This document shows, piece after piece, positions 30,371 through 40,349 of a stretch of DNA of 64,000 nucleotides (its first letter is position 1; each line of letters opens with the position of its first letter). The notes under the pieces are model-generated. The model searched no databases. It had not been told where the DNA came from and saw nothing but the letters and a program-made list of their open reading frames with translations. Both the position numbers and the translations under genes were made by a program. Source of the stretch: a virus; the IMG/VR virus record IMGVR_UViG_3300035670_000060, positions 49,654 through 113,653 of that record, one strand, 5' to 3'.

Positions 30371-32187
30371 TATCGATTAACTAAACTAATTGTTCTATCA
30401 TCCACAACTTCAACATTAATATCAGCATCACGAATAGAAACTATTTGATTTCTTAAAGGCAAAATGTCCAAAGAACTAGGATTAGCAGTAAGTTTCAAAG
30501 TTACACCGCCATCAGAAAATGCTGTAGGAAGAAAACTGTTTAGTGTAATTTTTCCTGTATTGTAGTCAATTGTTCCTGTATTATTATTAACACCGACTTT
30601 ACTTGATCCTGAAATTCTATACACACGTATAATGCCATTATTATCTTCTAGATAACACTGATTAAATCCTGCATAACTAAATTCATTTGATGTAAGTTGA
30701 TTTCCTGCACCGTAAGGGTGAGATGATGGTCTGCCCTCTGTAGTCTTATTAATTGGATTTGAGAAAGATACATCATATTTTTTTGATTGTCCAACTTGAA
30801 CTTCAAATTCTTTTCGTAATGAAATTGTGGTTGTATTGTTTATAATTGATCTATCCGAAATATCAATTAATCTGGAAAGTTTTGAAAATCTGAAGTATTT
30901 TGAAAATTCATTAATATCATCATCGTTGTATTTTTTAATCGTTTCAATAATTTTTGATGTTAAAGAACTTTCAGTAATTAATAAATTTCTAGAATCATAT
31001 TTTACAATACAATTTATAATAACATAAATGTATTCAGGATCAACGATTGTGTTTCTAACTGTTAAAATTTTCTTAGCTTTTAATACGTTATTAGTTAAAG
31101 TGTCTTTTTCAGAAGACGTTAAAAATTCACCGGTAATTGGTTTAACTGCAATATAAACTGTGCCGTATGTGGGTGGATCATTATCTTCACCGCCCCAAAT
31201 TGAAACACTCTGAACATTAGGCTGTCTTAATACAATTGATTTATAGTCTTCAACGGTAACGGCTCTGTTTTGAGCCTCATAAGATTTTGGTGCATTAAAT
31301 TTAATTTTGTTTGTCGTTTCAGCTTCAGCACCGCCGTTTGAGCCAATATTTTCTATAAAATTGATATCTGTAACATTAGTAACTGAACCGGTGTAATCAA
31401 GTTCCTTTACATCATTTCCATCTGGGCCACTTGAAACCAAATAATCAGCAATAATCACATTGCCGTCATCCAAAGAAACTCCAAAAGTTCCGTCACCGAA
31501 AATTATTTCATAATATCCATCCTCAACTTCTTCAATAAAAAAGATTTGAGAGTCTTCTTTAACTTCTACTAGATTGTCTGGCTTTGTAAAAATTCTTGTT
31601 GTAGCGTCAACCGAAGAATTTTGCACACGAATAGATAGTGTTGTTGTGTCTAAATTTTTGTTAGAAATTATAAATCTTTGATCTGGATCAGATTTGTTTA
31701 CGGTAATTCTTTCGTTTCTATATCTACCCTCAGTCAATGTAATTTCTTTAGAATATACACCAGAAATCGGAACTACAGTTATCGATTCGGTTGTATTAAA
31801 TGTATATACTGTACCATCAACTTCGCCATCAAATGATGTATAAGCCGGCAATGTTACGAATGATGGGCTTCCGACTACTGATAAAACGGCAAGACCTGTG
31901 ATCTTGGCCGAAGATATTGATCTTGGAGTATAATTTAAGGATCTTGCAAGATTAATTACAGAATTTCTTTTTTGAGCGGTGGCAAGAAACGCTTCATTAG
32001 CTATCATATTAAGATAAAAAGAATTGTAATATGTGTTATAAGCAAGTAAATCAAGGAGAACTTGCAGACCTGAAGCATCAAAATTATAGTCTCTAAATTG
32101 ATCTTGACTTTTCAAATAATTAATAAAATTAGATTTAATCGCTTCAAAATCTAAACCATCTACTCGTAAATCCTTGACTAGTGCCAT
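30370..32187 (-). CDS. gp6: Baseplate wedge subunit
   Basis: LDFEAIKSNF..DLLAYNTYYNSFY, QNRAVTVEDY, WGGEDNDPP.YG. Confidence 0.95.
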   Translation of the reverse strand: MALVKDLRVDGLDFEAIKSNFINYLKSQDQFRDYNFDASGLQVLLDLLAYNTYYNSFYLNMIANEAFLATAQKRNSVINLARSLNYTPRSISSAKITGLAVLSVVGSPSFVTLPAYTSFDGEVDGTVYTFNTTESITVVPISGVYSKEITLTEGRYRNERITVNKSDPDQRFIISNKNLDTTTLSIRVQNSSVDATTRIFTKPDNLVEVKEDSQIFFIEEVEDGYYEIIFGDGTFGVSLDDGNVIIADYLVSSGPDGNDVKELDYTGSVTNVTDINFIENIGSNGGAEAETTNKIKFNAPKSYEAQNRAVTVEDYKSIVLRQPNVQSVSIWGGEDNDPPTYGTVYIAVKPITGEFLTSSEKDTLTNNVLKAKKILTVRNTIVDPEYIYVIINCIVKYDSRNLLITESSLTSKIIETIKKYNDDDINEFSKYFRFSKLSRLIDISDRSIINNTTTISLRKEFEVQVGQSKKYDVSFSNPINKTTEGRPSSHPYGAGNQLTSNEFSYAGFNQCYLEDNNGIIRVYRISGSSKVGVNNNTGTIDYNTGKITLNSFLPTAFSDGGVTLKLTANPSSLDILPLRNQIVSIRDADINVEVVDDRTISLVNR

Positions 32188-32567
32188 TATGAGGCCCTTC
32201 TTATAGTTGTTTGTATATTTCCTGGAAAATTAATATTTTTTATAATATAGTCAATTTTTATATCAATTCCATTACCGTCAATTTTAGAATTTATTTCTGT
32301 AACAGCCACCCTAGGTTCATTTTTAATGATCGTATCATATAAACTTCTATTCAATTCATCCTCTGCAAAAACACCTGAGTCAAACAAATAGTTATAAATG
32401 TTTGAGCCATAATCAGGTCTAAACGGTCTTGTGCCTTTTCTTGTTTTGATTAGATTTGACAATGATCTTCTAATGGCAGTTTCGTCCGTAATAGGCCTAA
32501 TATCACCGGATATTGGATGTGGTGTAAAATCTAACGGTAAATCTTTATAAAAAATTGTTTTAGCCAT
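32187..32567 (-). CDS. gp25: Baseplate wedge subunit
   Basis: YKDLPLDF..AIRRSLSNLIKT.KG.RPF.PDYGS..NEPRV. Confidence 0.93.
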   Translation of the reverse strand: MAKTIFYKDLPLDFTPHPISGDIRPITDETAIRRSLSNLIKTRKGTRPFRPDYGSNIYNYLFDSGVFAEDELNRSLYDTIIKNEPRVAVTEINSKIDGNGIDIKIDYIIKNINFPGNIQTTIRRAS

Positions 32568-32574
32568 ATACTAT

Positions 32575-32754
32575 TTATGATGCTGTTTTGGTATCCTGAA
32601 TCTCTTTTCTACGTTCTTTAATAACTTTTGATATTTCTGATAACGCTTTTCTTGCCCTGGTTCCAGCAGATTTGTTACCTTTTTCTTCAAATTTTGCATT
32701 TTCTGCAATATATGTGTCAAAAAGATTTACTAAATTTTCATGGTGTGTCATCAT
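32575..32754 (-). CDS. Small basic protein, histone H1/Hc1-like motif
   Basis: KGNKSAGTRARKAL..KERRKEI; SD GGGAG before ATG at 32754. Confidence 0.7.
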   Translation of the reverse strand: MMTHHENLVNLFDTYIAENAKFEEKGNKSAGTRARKALSEISKVIKERRKEIQDTKTAS

Positions 32755-32764
32755 ATTCTCCCTA

Positions 32765-33076
32765 TTATGAACAAAAAACTGTAGTTGCTCCAGATGATAT
32801 AGCACCAAAATCAACAGGATCTCCAATTCTACCTATTGGTATGCCATTTGCTCGAACAGTTGCAGATCCACCGCTGTACACGACGGGATGATATGCTCCA
32901 CAAGGATTTTTGCCTGCTGGACCAAATGGATGTGCTCCTGAAATTGTCGCACCGCTCAAAAGAACTGGTGTGCCCTGAACAAAAACAGTTGTGACTGTTG
33001 TATTAATCAATGAATCAACTGGTGTACACGGATGACCAGTTGTAAATGTTGAACCATTGAGTGCTACAAGTGCCAT
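32765..33076 (-). CDS. PAAR-like spike tip protein (gp5.4-like)
   Basis: TGHPC, HP, GSATVRANGIPIGRIGDPV..ISSGATTVF; downstream of gp5. Confidence 0.88.
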   Translation of the reverse strand: MALVALNGSTFTTGHPCTPVDSLINTTVTTVFVQGTPVLLSGATISGAHPFGPAGKNPCGAYHPVVYSGGSATVRANGIPIGRIGDPVDFGAISSGATTVFCS

Positions 33077-33085
33077 ATTTTTCTC

Positions 33086-34228
33086 CTAATTTAGATTGAT
33101 CAATGCGCCATTAATATTAACAAGTGCAGTTGCATTAATACCAACATTTCCACCTAAAGAATTAACGTTTACTCCTACGCCACCATTGACATTAACATTT
33201 CCAGCAGAATTCAAATTAATACCGCCTAAGAGTGTAGAGATTGTAGTTGTTCCGCCCGATGTAATTGTTGTAATTCCACCTGATGTGATGCTTGTTAAAC
33301 CACCTGCGGACATTGTTGTTGCGCCAATCGATGTTACAGAAAGTGCTGCACCTGATGTAATGCTTGTTAGTCCGAGTGATGTTAATTTTGTAATAGTGGA
33401 ATCTATGTTTACGGTATTTCCAGAAATATTTATTTCGTTGCCTGAAAGATTTAAATCTTTTCCTTCGGCTGGAGATATGGTAATATTTCCATCCTTATCA
33501 ATTTCTATAACTGCACCGGTTTTGTGCTCAACGGAAGTTGTTCCTAATGTATCATTAATAGTAAGTGATGTGCCATCTGAACTTGATACTTTGATAAAGT
33601 TATCATTTTTTACATCACTCAGTGTTATTGTATGATTATTTGATGAAGTTACAAAAAATTTTTCATTGTTTTTAGAATCAATCATTCGAATCATATGATT
33701 GTTCGACGAAGATAAGAAAAGTTGTTCATTATCTTTTTCATCATAGAACATTAAGAAATGGCCATGGTTGTTTTGTGACTTAATGTCTGACTTAGATTCC
33801 CATATAATAGTGTTTGCTAACTTAAAATTAGGATCTAAATTTTCAACATAGTTTACAATAGATGAAAAAGATCGTACAAGTTTTTTTGAATCTATGAATC
33901 TTCTTGGTTCTGCACCAAAGTATTCAGTCGATTCTGTTGGTATACCTGGTATAATGCCCATGATAGCCGGTTCTTGTGCATTTTCAGCATCTAAAAAGAA
34001 TCCAAATACCCAATCACCAATTTCAGGTGCACTATACATGCCCCACGTATTAGGCGAATGAATAACTAAAGCCCATGGTAAATCTGTCGTCTTAACAGCA
34101 GTATCTTTAATTGGTGGATGATATCCGAAACATCTAACACGGCATCGACCAAGTTTCAACGGATCGTCATTGTCTTCGACAATTCCTAACCACCAAATAA
34201 ATCCGTCTTGACCTAAAAAGTTTTTCAT
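33086..34228 (-). CDS. gp5: Baseplate hub / spike without lysozyme domain
   Basis: FIWWLGIVEDNDDPLKLGRCRVR..LPWA..VFGFFLD OB fold, then beta-helix repeats. Confidence 0.92.
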   Translation of the reverse strand: MKNFLGQDGFIWWLGIVEDNDDPLKLGRCRVRCFGYHPPIKDTAVKTTDLPWALVIHSPNTWGMYSAPEIGDWVFGFFLDAENAQEPAIMGIIPGIPTESTEYFGAEPRRFIDSKKLVRSFSSIVNYVENLDPNFKLANTIIWESKSDIKSQNNHGHFLMFYDEKDNEQLFLSSSNNHMIRMIDSKNNEKFFVTSSNNHTITLSDVKNDNFIKVSSSDGTSLTINDTLGTTSVEHKTGAVIEIDKDGNITISPAEGKDLNLSGNEINISGNTVNIDSTITKLTSLGLTSITSGAALSVTSIGATTMSAGGLTSITSGGITTITSGGTTTISTLLGGINLNSAGNVNVNGGVGVNVNSLGGNVGINATALVNINGALINLN

Positions 34229-34458
34229 TTCATATGTTTAAAAAATTGAATTCTGCGTTCTTGTTTTGCTACCCATTCGTCAGATGGTTTACCTTCTCCA
34301 TCATAATACGCTAAAGGTTTGCCAGTTTTCTTTGATACTAATGCCCATTTACCATCCACTTGTTTGAGCACCTCTGAAATTTCTACACCAAATACTGCTT
34401 CTTCCCACTCTTCTTGAGATAATGGTGCAGCATGAATATAATCTTTAAACCGTTTCAT
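34225..34458 (-). CDS. Hypothetical protein, probable internal head protein
   Basis: MKRFKDYI leader resembles T4 capsid-targeting sequence. Confidence 0.6.
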   Translation of the reverse strand: MKRFKDYIHAAPLSQEEWEEAVFGVEISEVLKQVDGKWALVSKKTGKPLAYYDGEGKPSDEWVAKQERRIQFFKHMK

Positions 34459-35414
34459 AGTTTGTCTAATTCTGAGGTGTCTAATGAATTTGGTGGAACA
34501 TTGTCTTTAATCCATGCAAACAACTCTTTCTTTACATTTACATCTGGTTCCATCGTTTTGCCTGGTCTCTTTAATGTAATATACTTAAAATCTTTTACAA
34601 TCAAATCATTCTTCTCATACTTACCCATGCTCTTATATGGCTTGTTTGTTTTTGGATCAAGCCATATAACAGTGTTCTCACGATTGTTTAGGACTACATA
34701 GAAACCACCATCAATTTCCTTTGGCAATCCAGTCTTAACTAACTCAAATACTGTTCTTGCTGCACCTTGATGTGTCTGAAGGAGAATGTCAGCAGGAACA
34801 ACTCGTGATCTTTCTGAATTGTTTTTAATTGCTACTTGATAATTTGTAAGCACCCAAGTGATATGTATACTCTTTGGATCATAGCCCATCCGCATAAGTT
34901 TTGGCACGTATGTATTCAAATCATCCATATCTTTGAATGTTGTATCAAATATAATGTTAGGCAGTTTACCTTCTTTAGCACCATTCAACATCAAATCAAT
35001 GAGTTTATCTTTTGCACCAGTTGCTCTGACTAATACATGAAGTGCAAAGACATGCTCAGGCGTTCTTAAATTTAGATTCTTCATGCTATAATCACGATCC
35101 AGGACTTGTTTCTGAACAATTTCCATTTCATGTGGCTTAATCTTGCTGCCATATTTGTCTAGCAGTTGCTTCATGGTAAACTTATTGAGATAGTCCAATT
35201 TCTGGAATGCCATCTTTAATTCGTCAACGTCAATGACTTTGAACTTAGGACCTTCCATAAAGTTGCTGATAGCAAATCCTTTACCGCTACCAGCACCACC
35301 TGCTAAGAAAACAACTTGACCATATGCTTTACCACCGTTATAGACAATTTGTTTTTCATGTAGATGTTCTAAGTATTCATATTCTTTTTTATGAAAAAAC
35401 TCTGTAAATTTCAT
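34455..35414 (-). CDS. P-loop kinase (zeta-toxin/AAA_33-like), probable internal protein
   Basis: VFLAGGAGSGKG, IDVDELK, IIFDTT, NSERSRVVP; MKFTEF leader. Confidence 0.7.
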   Translation of the reverse strand: MKFTEFFHKKEYEYLEHLHEKQIVYNGGKAYGQVVFLAGGAGSGKGFAISNFMEGPKFKVIDVDELKMAFQKLDYLNKFTMKQLLDKYGSKIKPHEMEIVQKQVLDRDYSMKNLNLRTPEHVFALHVLVRATGAKDKLIDLMLNGAKEGKLPNIIFDTTFKDMDDLNTYVPKLMRMGYDPKSIHITWVLTNYQVAIKNNSERSRVVPADILLQTHQGAARTVFELVKTGLPKEIDGGFYVVLNNRENTVIWLDPKTNKPYKSMGKYEKNDLIVKDFKYITLKRPGKTMEPDVNVKKELFAWIKDNVPPNSLDTSELDKL

Positions 35415-37141
35415 AGGTTTTCCTGTATCTTGGATCTAATTATTGCTGCGTCTGTACCAGACAATCTTCTAATGTTTCCTGGATATGTTACATATATCGC
35501 ATCATTTAAGTTAACAAACTCACCATTTTTAATCGCTTGAGCTAAAACTTTGTATGATCGCTCGGTCAATAAGCTGCCAGACAATTCAATTCCTAATGCA
35601 TTTACAATTGCGATTGAATTAGAGTTTAAAACACCATCAGCATTTCTCGTAATACTAACAGGTGTTTGTGAAATTTTAACATCAACTGTTCTATTTAATA
35701 AATTTGAAAATCTTCTTCTTGAAAAAATTGTAAATGGTTTTATAATTCTATTTACAGCCGTAACTATAGTTTTTGATGATTTTTTGGCAAGAGTGGTTGC
35801 TCCTAAATTCACTGGTGATGAACCTCTACTTAATTCTAGAGTTTTGATATAATTTTCGAGAGTGATTTCATGTTTTACAGCAGTTACAAGATATTTTCCT
35901 GAATAAAATATATCATTGGTAATTTGAGGATTTTCAGGATTCGCTAATTTTCCGTAGTGTGAAGGCACGTTTAAATTTATTACTGTGCCAGTTCCTATAT
36001 TATTTGTTCCACCTTCTATGATAGTTTCAACTTTAAATATGTTTTTACTTAAATATCCATACATGTAGTTTGTAAGCCATTTGTTTTTAGAATACTTTGC
36101 TGATTTTGTTGTTGTAAGAAGTCTTTCTCCTGGAAATTCATACTTTGTATCATCATATTTCGAAAATAAAACACTTCCTGCTATGACTGGATTTGAGTAG
36201 AAATCTCCAATCACATTTTTTGTTATATAAGAGTTTTTAACAATGTCCCATGTTTTTTGAATAGGATCAATCGTGGTGACTTTACTATTGTATGCACCAC
36301 TTAACATTGCTTCTATGTGATTAAAGTTTGCAAGCCTAGAAAACGATGACGTTCTAATTATATTTGATCCTAAATCTGGTTCAATTAGACCAGTAGTTTT
36401 TTCACGATATGTAATAGTATACACATCATTTCCTGGAGATCCAATCAAATTTTCTACACTACCAAAATAATGCGATGCAGCATCTCTAACATTGTCGGCG
36501 CCATTAAATGTAAATGGTGATGCACGTTCAAAAAATACATAAAATTTATTTTTAGAACATGACATCTTAGCCATGTAATCAATGGCTGAGTGTGGATTTA
36601 ATCCTGGACAAACGTAAGGTTCATCAAAACTTAATCCAGGATTATCAATTAGTATACCATTTGGACTAGTTTCTGAATATAAATTTTGTATTGCATTATA
36701 AAATGTGATATTTTTAAATGATTTAAAAACTCTTTTTTTAGATGCGTTGATAAATGCTTTTGTTGTAAAGTATATAATAAAAGAAGAACTCAAATCATCT
36801 TTCATCGTAGCTTTTGAAATTTTGTGGACAATTAAATCTTTTCTCCATAATATAAGTTGGTTTGTTTTAGGCTTTAAAATTTTAAATTCAATTTCTTCGC
36901 CGCCAGAAAACAGATGCTTTTCAAGCATACCAGACTTATCTAAAATTGAAATTGTACCATATATTGAAGATGAAAACATGTTTTCAAAAATTAATAACTC
37001 CCTAAATGATCCTAGTAAAGTTACAATTTCACCATAAACAGTTTTGATATCTAAAATGTCAATCTTGACTTTACCGCCGACATGTGCACCAATGTTAGCA
37101 TCGATATTTTCACCTACAACTGGACCGACTGTGACTGACAT
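35411..37141 (-). CDS. Baseplate hub protein (gp27-like)
   Basis: IFENMFSSSIYGTISILD, YVFFE, YSGKYLVTAVKH; position between gp53 and gp5. Confidence 0.7.
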   Translation of the reverse strand: MSVTVGPVVGENIDANIGAHVGGKVKIDILDIKTVYGEIVTLLGSFRELLIFENMFSSSIYGTISILDKSGMLEKHLFSGGEEIEFKILKPKTNQLILWRKDLIVHKISKATMKDDLSSSFIIYFTTKAFINASKKRVFKSFKNITFYNAIQNLYSETSPNGILIDNPGLSFDEPYVCPGLNPHSAIDYMAKMSCSKNKFYVFFERASPFTFNGADNVRDAASHYFGSVENLIGSPGNDVYTITYREKTTGLIEPDLGSNIIRTSSFSRLANFNHIEAMLSGAYNSKVTTIDPIQKTWDIVKNSYITKNVIGDFYSNPVIAGSVLFSKYDDTKYEFPGERLLTTTKSAKYSKNKWLTNYMYGYLSKNIFKVETIIEGGTNNIGTGTVINLNVPSHYGKLANPENPQITNDIFYSGKYLVTAVKHEITLENYIKTLELSRGSSPVNLGATTLAKKSSKTIVTAVNRIIKPFTIFSRRRFSNLLNRTVDVKISQTPVSITRNADGVLNSNSIAIVNALGIELSGSLLTERSYKVLAQAIKNGEFVNLNDAIYVTYPGNIRRLSGTDAAIIRSKIQENL

Positions 37142-37142
37142 T

Positions 37143-37679
37143 TTATTCTATTGCAAGTTGAATCGTTGAACTCAAATCAGATTCAATCCTTTTAACTGCA
37201 TCTGAACGTATTAACTTTATTTTTGATTTGTTGATATTCATTCTTAGTTCAAATTCATATGCATTTTCAATCTTTGATAGATTTTTTTCATGTTGAGAGA
37301 GAAGATTGTATTCATAAAAAGCAATCGAATCACCGTATTTATTATAATAATTTACAATGCTTTCAGCTTTAGCAATGCTACCATATTTACGAATAATGTA
37401 TTGTTCTAAAGATTTTGAACTTTTTGGCCAGTCATCGTAAATGCTATACATATCATTCGTCATTAGTATAATCCAATCATAATATGGATTTCCATAAAAT
37501 ACAGTTGAAACTTGATCTGGTCTTTCACCATCAGAAACTACATAAGGTACAAAAGCTATACTAGTATAACTTTTAATTGCCGATTTAATACGGACCGACG
37601 TTGATATATCAATTGAACGAATTGTGCTATAATCTGAAATAGCATAGTCTATTTTTGGATAAAAATTAAATATTGACAT
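37143..37679 (-). CDS. gp53: Baseplate wedge protein
   Basis: YVVSDGERPDQVS..FYG..YDWIILMTN..DWP. Confidence 0.92.
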   Translation of the reverse strand: MSIFNFYPKIDYAISDYSTIRSIDISTSVRIKSAIKSYTSIAFVPYVVSDGERPDQVSTVFYGNPYYDWIILMTNDMYSIYDDWPKSSKSLEQYIIRKYGSIAKAESIVNYYNKYGDSIAFYEYNLLSQHEKNLSKIENAYEFELRMNINKSKIKLIRSDAVKRIESDLSSTIQLAIE

Positions 37680-37682
37680 TTT

Positions 37683-38690
37683 TTATACGATTGTATGTTC
37701 GGCTTTTTGATAATCTTGAAAGGCATCACTGTGTGTATGATATACAGTTTCTTTAAGAGTAATTTGGAGATTCACATCGCTTGGATAATAATTTACTCCT
37801 CCAACATTATCAAAAAATGTAAGTTTATTTTGAGATCCATATGTAACATTCACACCTTCTATAACACATAACTTAGATTCAAATAATACTTGAAGTTCTG
37901 CACCATAATAAAGTAAAACTCTAAAACTACATGTATTTGGATAACCGAATGTAAAATTTGTTTCATTTGACAGTGCGTTTGTCAAATCTACTCTTAAAGA
38001 ATTTCCTCCCTGCAATACCTCATATCCTTGTTGACCATTACCAATGTCTCCTATTTTATTCGCATCAACTACTTTCAATTCTGCTCCGTTGGAATCTTTT
38101 AATGCGCTGTTTAAAATACTAGAATAAGGACTAGATAATCCGGCTCTCGCACTTGAAGCCATTTTAAATGTGCTTATGATATCTCTCATGGATTTTGCTT
38201 CCGATCCGCTTGTCGGTCTCATAGTAAAAGGAAGTTGATACGATCTGAATTGTGGTCCTCTATATATTAACTGCTGAAAGGTATTCATTACATTTCTAGT
38301 CAAAAATTCAAGTTGACTTTTTCCGGATGCTCCAGCTGAAGCTAAAAATCCTGCTGCTGCACCACTTGCATTAATCGCTTGTCTTGTTAATGCTTCAAGT
38401 CCACTAGATCCTAATGCGCCAAGAGCACCCGTAATAGTTTTTATATCTCCTCCGGGTTGACCAAAAATTCCGTCAGTTTCTTGAAAGGGACTTCTTGTTG
38501 ACGTTTCGAAGGAGCTGGTCATTCGAATATATATATTCTGAGACGGATTATCTCCTTTAGCATCATAGAAAGTAAACGCTATGACAGGCATAACATATTC
38601 CGAGTGAGCATCCTTTGTGCCGAATTCAAGTCTTTGAAATCCTGTAGAGTCTAATGAACCTGATGAAAAATTTGGTCTAAATGATGCCAT
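37683..38690 (-). CDS. gp48: Baseplate tail-tube cap
   Basis: QLIYRGPQFRSYQLPFTMRP..EAKSMRDIISTFK, CVIEGVNVTY, LQITLKET. Confidence 0.75.
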   Translation of the reverse strand: MASFRPNFSSGSLDSTGFQRLEFGTKDAHSEYVMPVIAFTFYDAKGDNPSQNIYIRMTSSFETSTRSPFQETDGIFGQPGGDIKTITGALGALGSSGLEALTRQAINASGAAAGFLASAGASGKSQLEFLTRNVMNTFQQLIYRGPQFRSYQLPFTMRPTSGSEAKSMRDIISTFKMASSARAGLSSPYSSILNSALKDSNGAELKVVDANKIGDIGNGQQGYEVLQGGNSLRVDLTNALSNETNFTFGYPNTCSFRVLLYYGAELQVLFESKLCVIEGVNVTYGSQNKLTFFDNVGGVNYYPSDVNLQITLKETVYHTHSDAFQDYQKAEHTIV

Positions 38691-38716
38691 CTCTATTCCT
38701 ATAACTTAATGTGAAT

Positions 38717-38724
38717 TATTTATA
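38717..38724 (-). promoter_or_regulatory. Late promoter for gp48-gp53-hub operon
   Basis: TATAAATA in the divergent gp48/gp4 gap. Confidence 0.75.
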
Positions 38725-39167
38725 TGTCTTATAAAGGTCGATTTGTACCAAAAAACTATAAAAAATATAAGGGAGATCCTACAAATGTGATCTTTCGAAG
38801 TTTGCTTGAACGTAAGTTTATGATTTACTGTGATACGAACGATTACATTCTGCAATGGAGTTCAGAAGAAATCATTGTACCTTATTATTCTCCAGTGGAT
38901 AAAAAGTGGCATCGATATTTTCCAGATTTTTATATTAAATATCGTGATAAATCTGGACAAATTTGTGAAAGTTTAATAGAAATTAAACCTAAAATACAGA
39001 CTTCAGCACCACAAGTAAAAACAACACCAAAGGGGCGTCCAACATCTCGATTTCTTCGTGAAGCTATTACATGGGAAGTCAATCAAGCAAAATGGAAAGC
39101 AGCACAAGAATATTGTCTAGATCGAAAATGGGAATTTAAAATCATTACCGAGAAAGAATTGAGATAA
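38724..39167 (+). CDS. gp4: Head completion protein (TnsA-like nuclease fold)
   Basis: YKGRFVPKN..KYKGDP, WSSEEI.VPY, HRYFPDF, EIKP, NQAKWKAA. Confidence 0.94.
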   Translation: MSYKGRFVPKNYKKYKGDPTNVIFRSLLERKFMIYCDTNDYILQWSSEEIIVPYYSPVDKKWHRYFPDFYIKYRDKSGQICESLIEIKPKIQTSAPQVKTTPKGRPTSRFLREAITWEVNQAKWKAAQEYCLDRKWEFKIITEKELR

Positions 39168-39174
39168 ATAGAGT

Positions 39175-39765
39175 ATGGCTATATTCGATAACGTACTTCA
39201 ACAAGGCATTAGGCAAGGCATAGTTCCTGCGAGAACCAAATTCGCTCGGGAATGGTATCGTTCAGCCGCTGAAAATTTGTACAGTAGAAAAGTTACATCT
39301 GCAACGCTTTTAAAAGATGAAACAAGACTTGTAGATAACATTACATACGGATATATGTATGGATTTGTTTACGATCCAAAATGGAAAAAAGAGTTGCCAT
39401 ATTACGATAGATTTCCACTTATCTTTCCTGTTGAATTTGATAAGGATGGATTTTTAGGAATTAACTTTCATTATTTGCCACACATTCTTAGGGCTAAATT
39501 AATGGACGCTTTGTATACAACTGTAAATAACAGAATATATGACGCTACAACTAAAGTTAGAATTTCTTATGATCTTTTAAAAGGTGTATCAAAATTTAAA
39601 GCATTTAAGCCAACACTTAAAAAATACTTACGCAATCACATACAATCTAATTTTCTTCAAATCTCATCTAAAGAATGGGACATTGCTTTATTTCTACCAA
39701 CAGAAAATTTCAAGAAAGCAAGTGTAGATCAAGTATGGTCAGACTCAAGAAAAAGGATAAAATGA
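39175..39765 (+). CDS. gp2: DNA end protector protein
   Basis: YDPKWKKELPYYDRFPLIF, GINFHYLP, WDIALFLPTE. Confidence 0.94.
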   Translation: MAIFDNVLQQGIRQGIVPARTKFAREWYRSAAENLYSRKVTSATLLKDETRLVDNITYGYMYGFVYDPKWKKELPYYDRFPLIFPVEFDKDGFLGINFHYLPHILRAKLMDALYTTVNNRIYDATTKVRISYDLLKGVSKFKAFKPTLKKYLRNHIQSNFLQISSKEWDIALFLPTENFKKASVDQVWSDSRKRIK

Positions 39766-39768
39766 TCT

Positions 39769-40314
39769 ATGGTCTTTAAAATTTCAGAATTTAGATCGGC
39801 ATTCCCTGAAGGGCTTGCAAGACCAAATTTATGGTATGCAGAAATATATGTTACACCATCTGTATCATCAGAAACTATTGCAAATTTTAAATTTAGATGT
39901 GAAAAAGCAGATTTGCCTGGAAGATCAGTTGCAACAGTTGATGATGTTGGTTCAGGACCTGCATTAAAAATTCCTTACGACATAAATTATAATGATGCTG
40001 AAATCACGATTATATGTGGAAACGATTTTTCAGAAAGAAAATATTTTGAAGATTGGATAAACAAAATTGTCACTCCAGCAGGAGATCGAGGTGCCAAAAA
40101 CTCAGGTCTTATAAATTATTACAGTAACTACGCTAAAGGAAATACGTTAGCATTACGTCAAATTAATGATGAAGGCAAAACGACAATACAATACACACTT
40201 CATGATATATATCCAATTTCAATTAGTCCAATGAATTTATCATGGGAAGAATCAAACACCTATCAACGATTTAGTGTAACATTTAATTACAGACACTACA
40301 GTTTGAATAAGTAA
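39769..40314 (+). CDS. Tail tube initiator / tube paralog (gp54-like)
   Basis: GLARPNL, CEKADLPGR, FEDW, DIYPISISPMNLSW, FSVTFNY. Confidence 0.75.
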   Translation: MVFKISEFRSAFPEGLARPNLWYAEIYVTPSVSSETIANFKFRCEKADLPGRSVATVDDVGSGPALKIPYDINYNDAEITIICGNDFSERKYFEDWINKIVTPAGDRGAKNSGLINYYSNYAKGNTLALRQINDEGKTTIQYTLHDIYPISISPMNLSWEESNTYQRFSVTFNYRHYSLNK

Positions 40315-40349
40315 GTATACAACATAAGTTTTATTTTTGGAGAATTATT

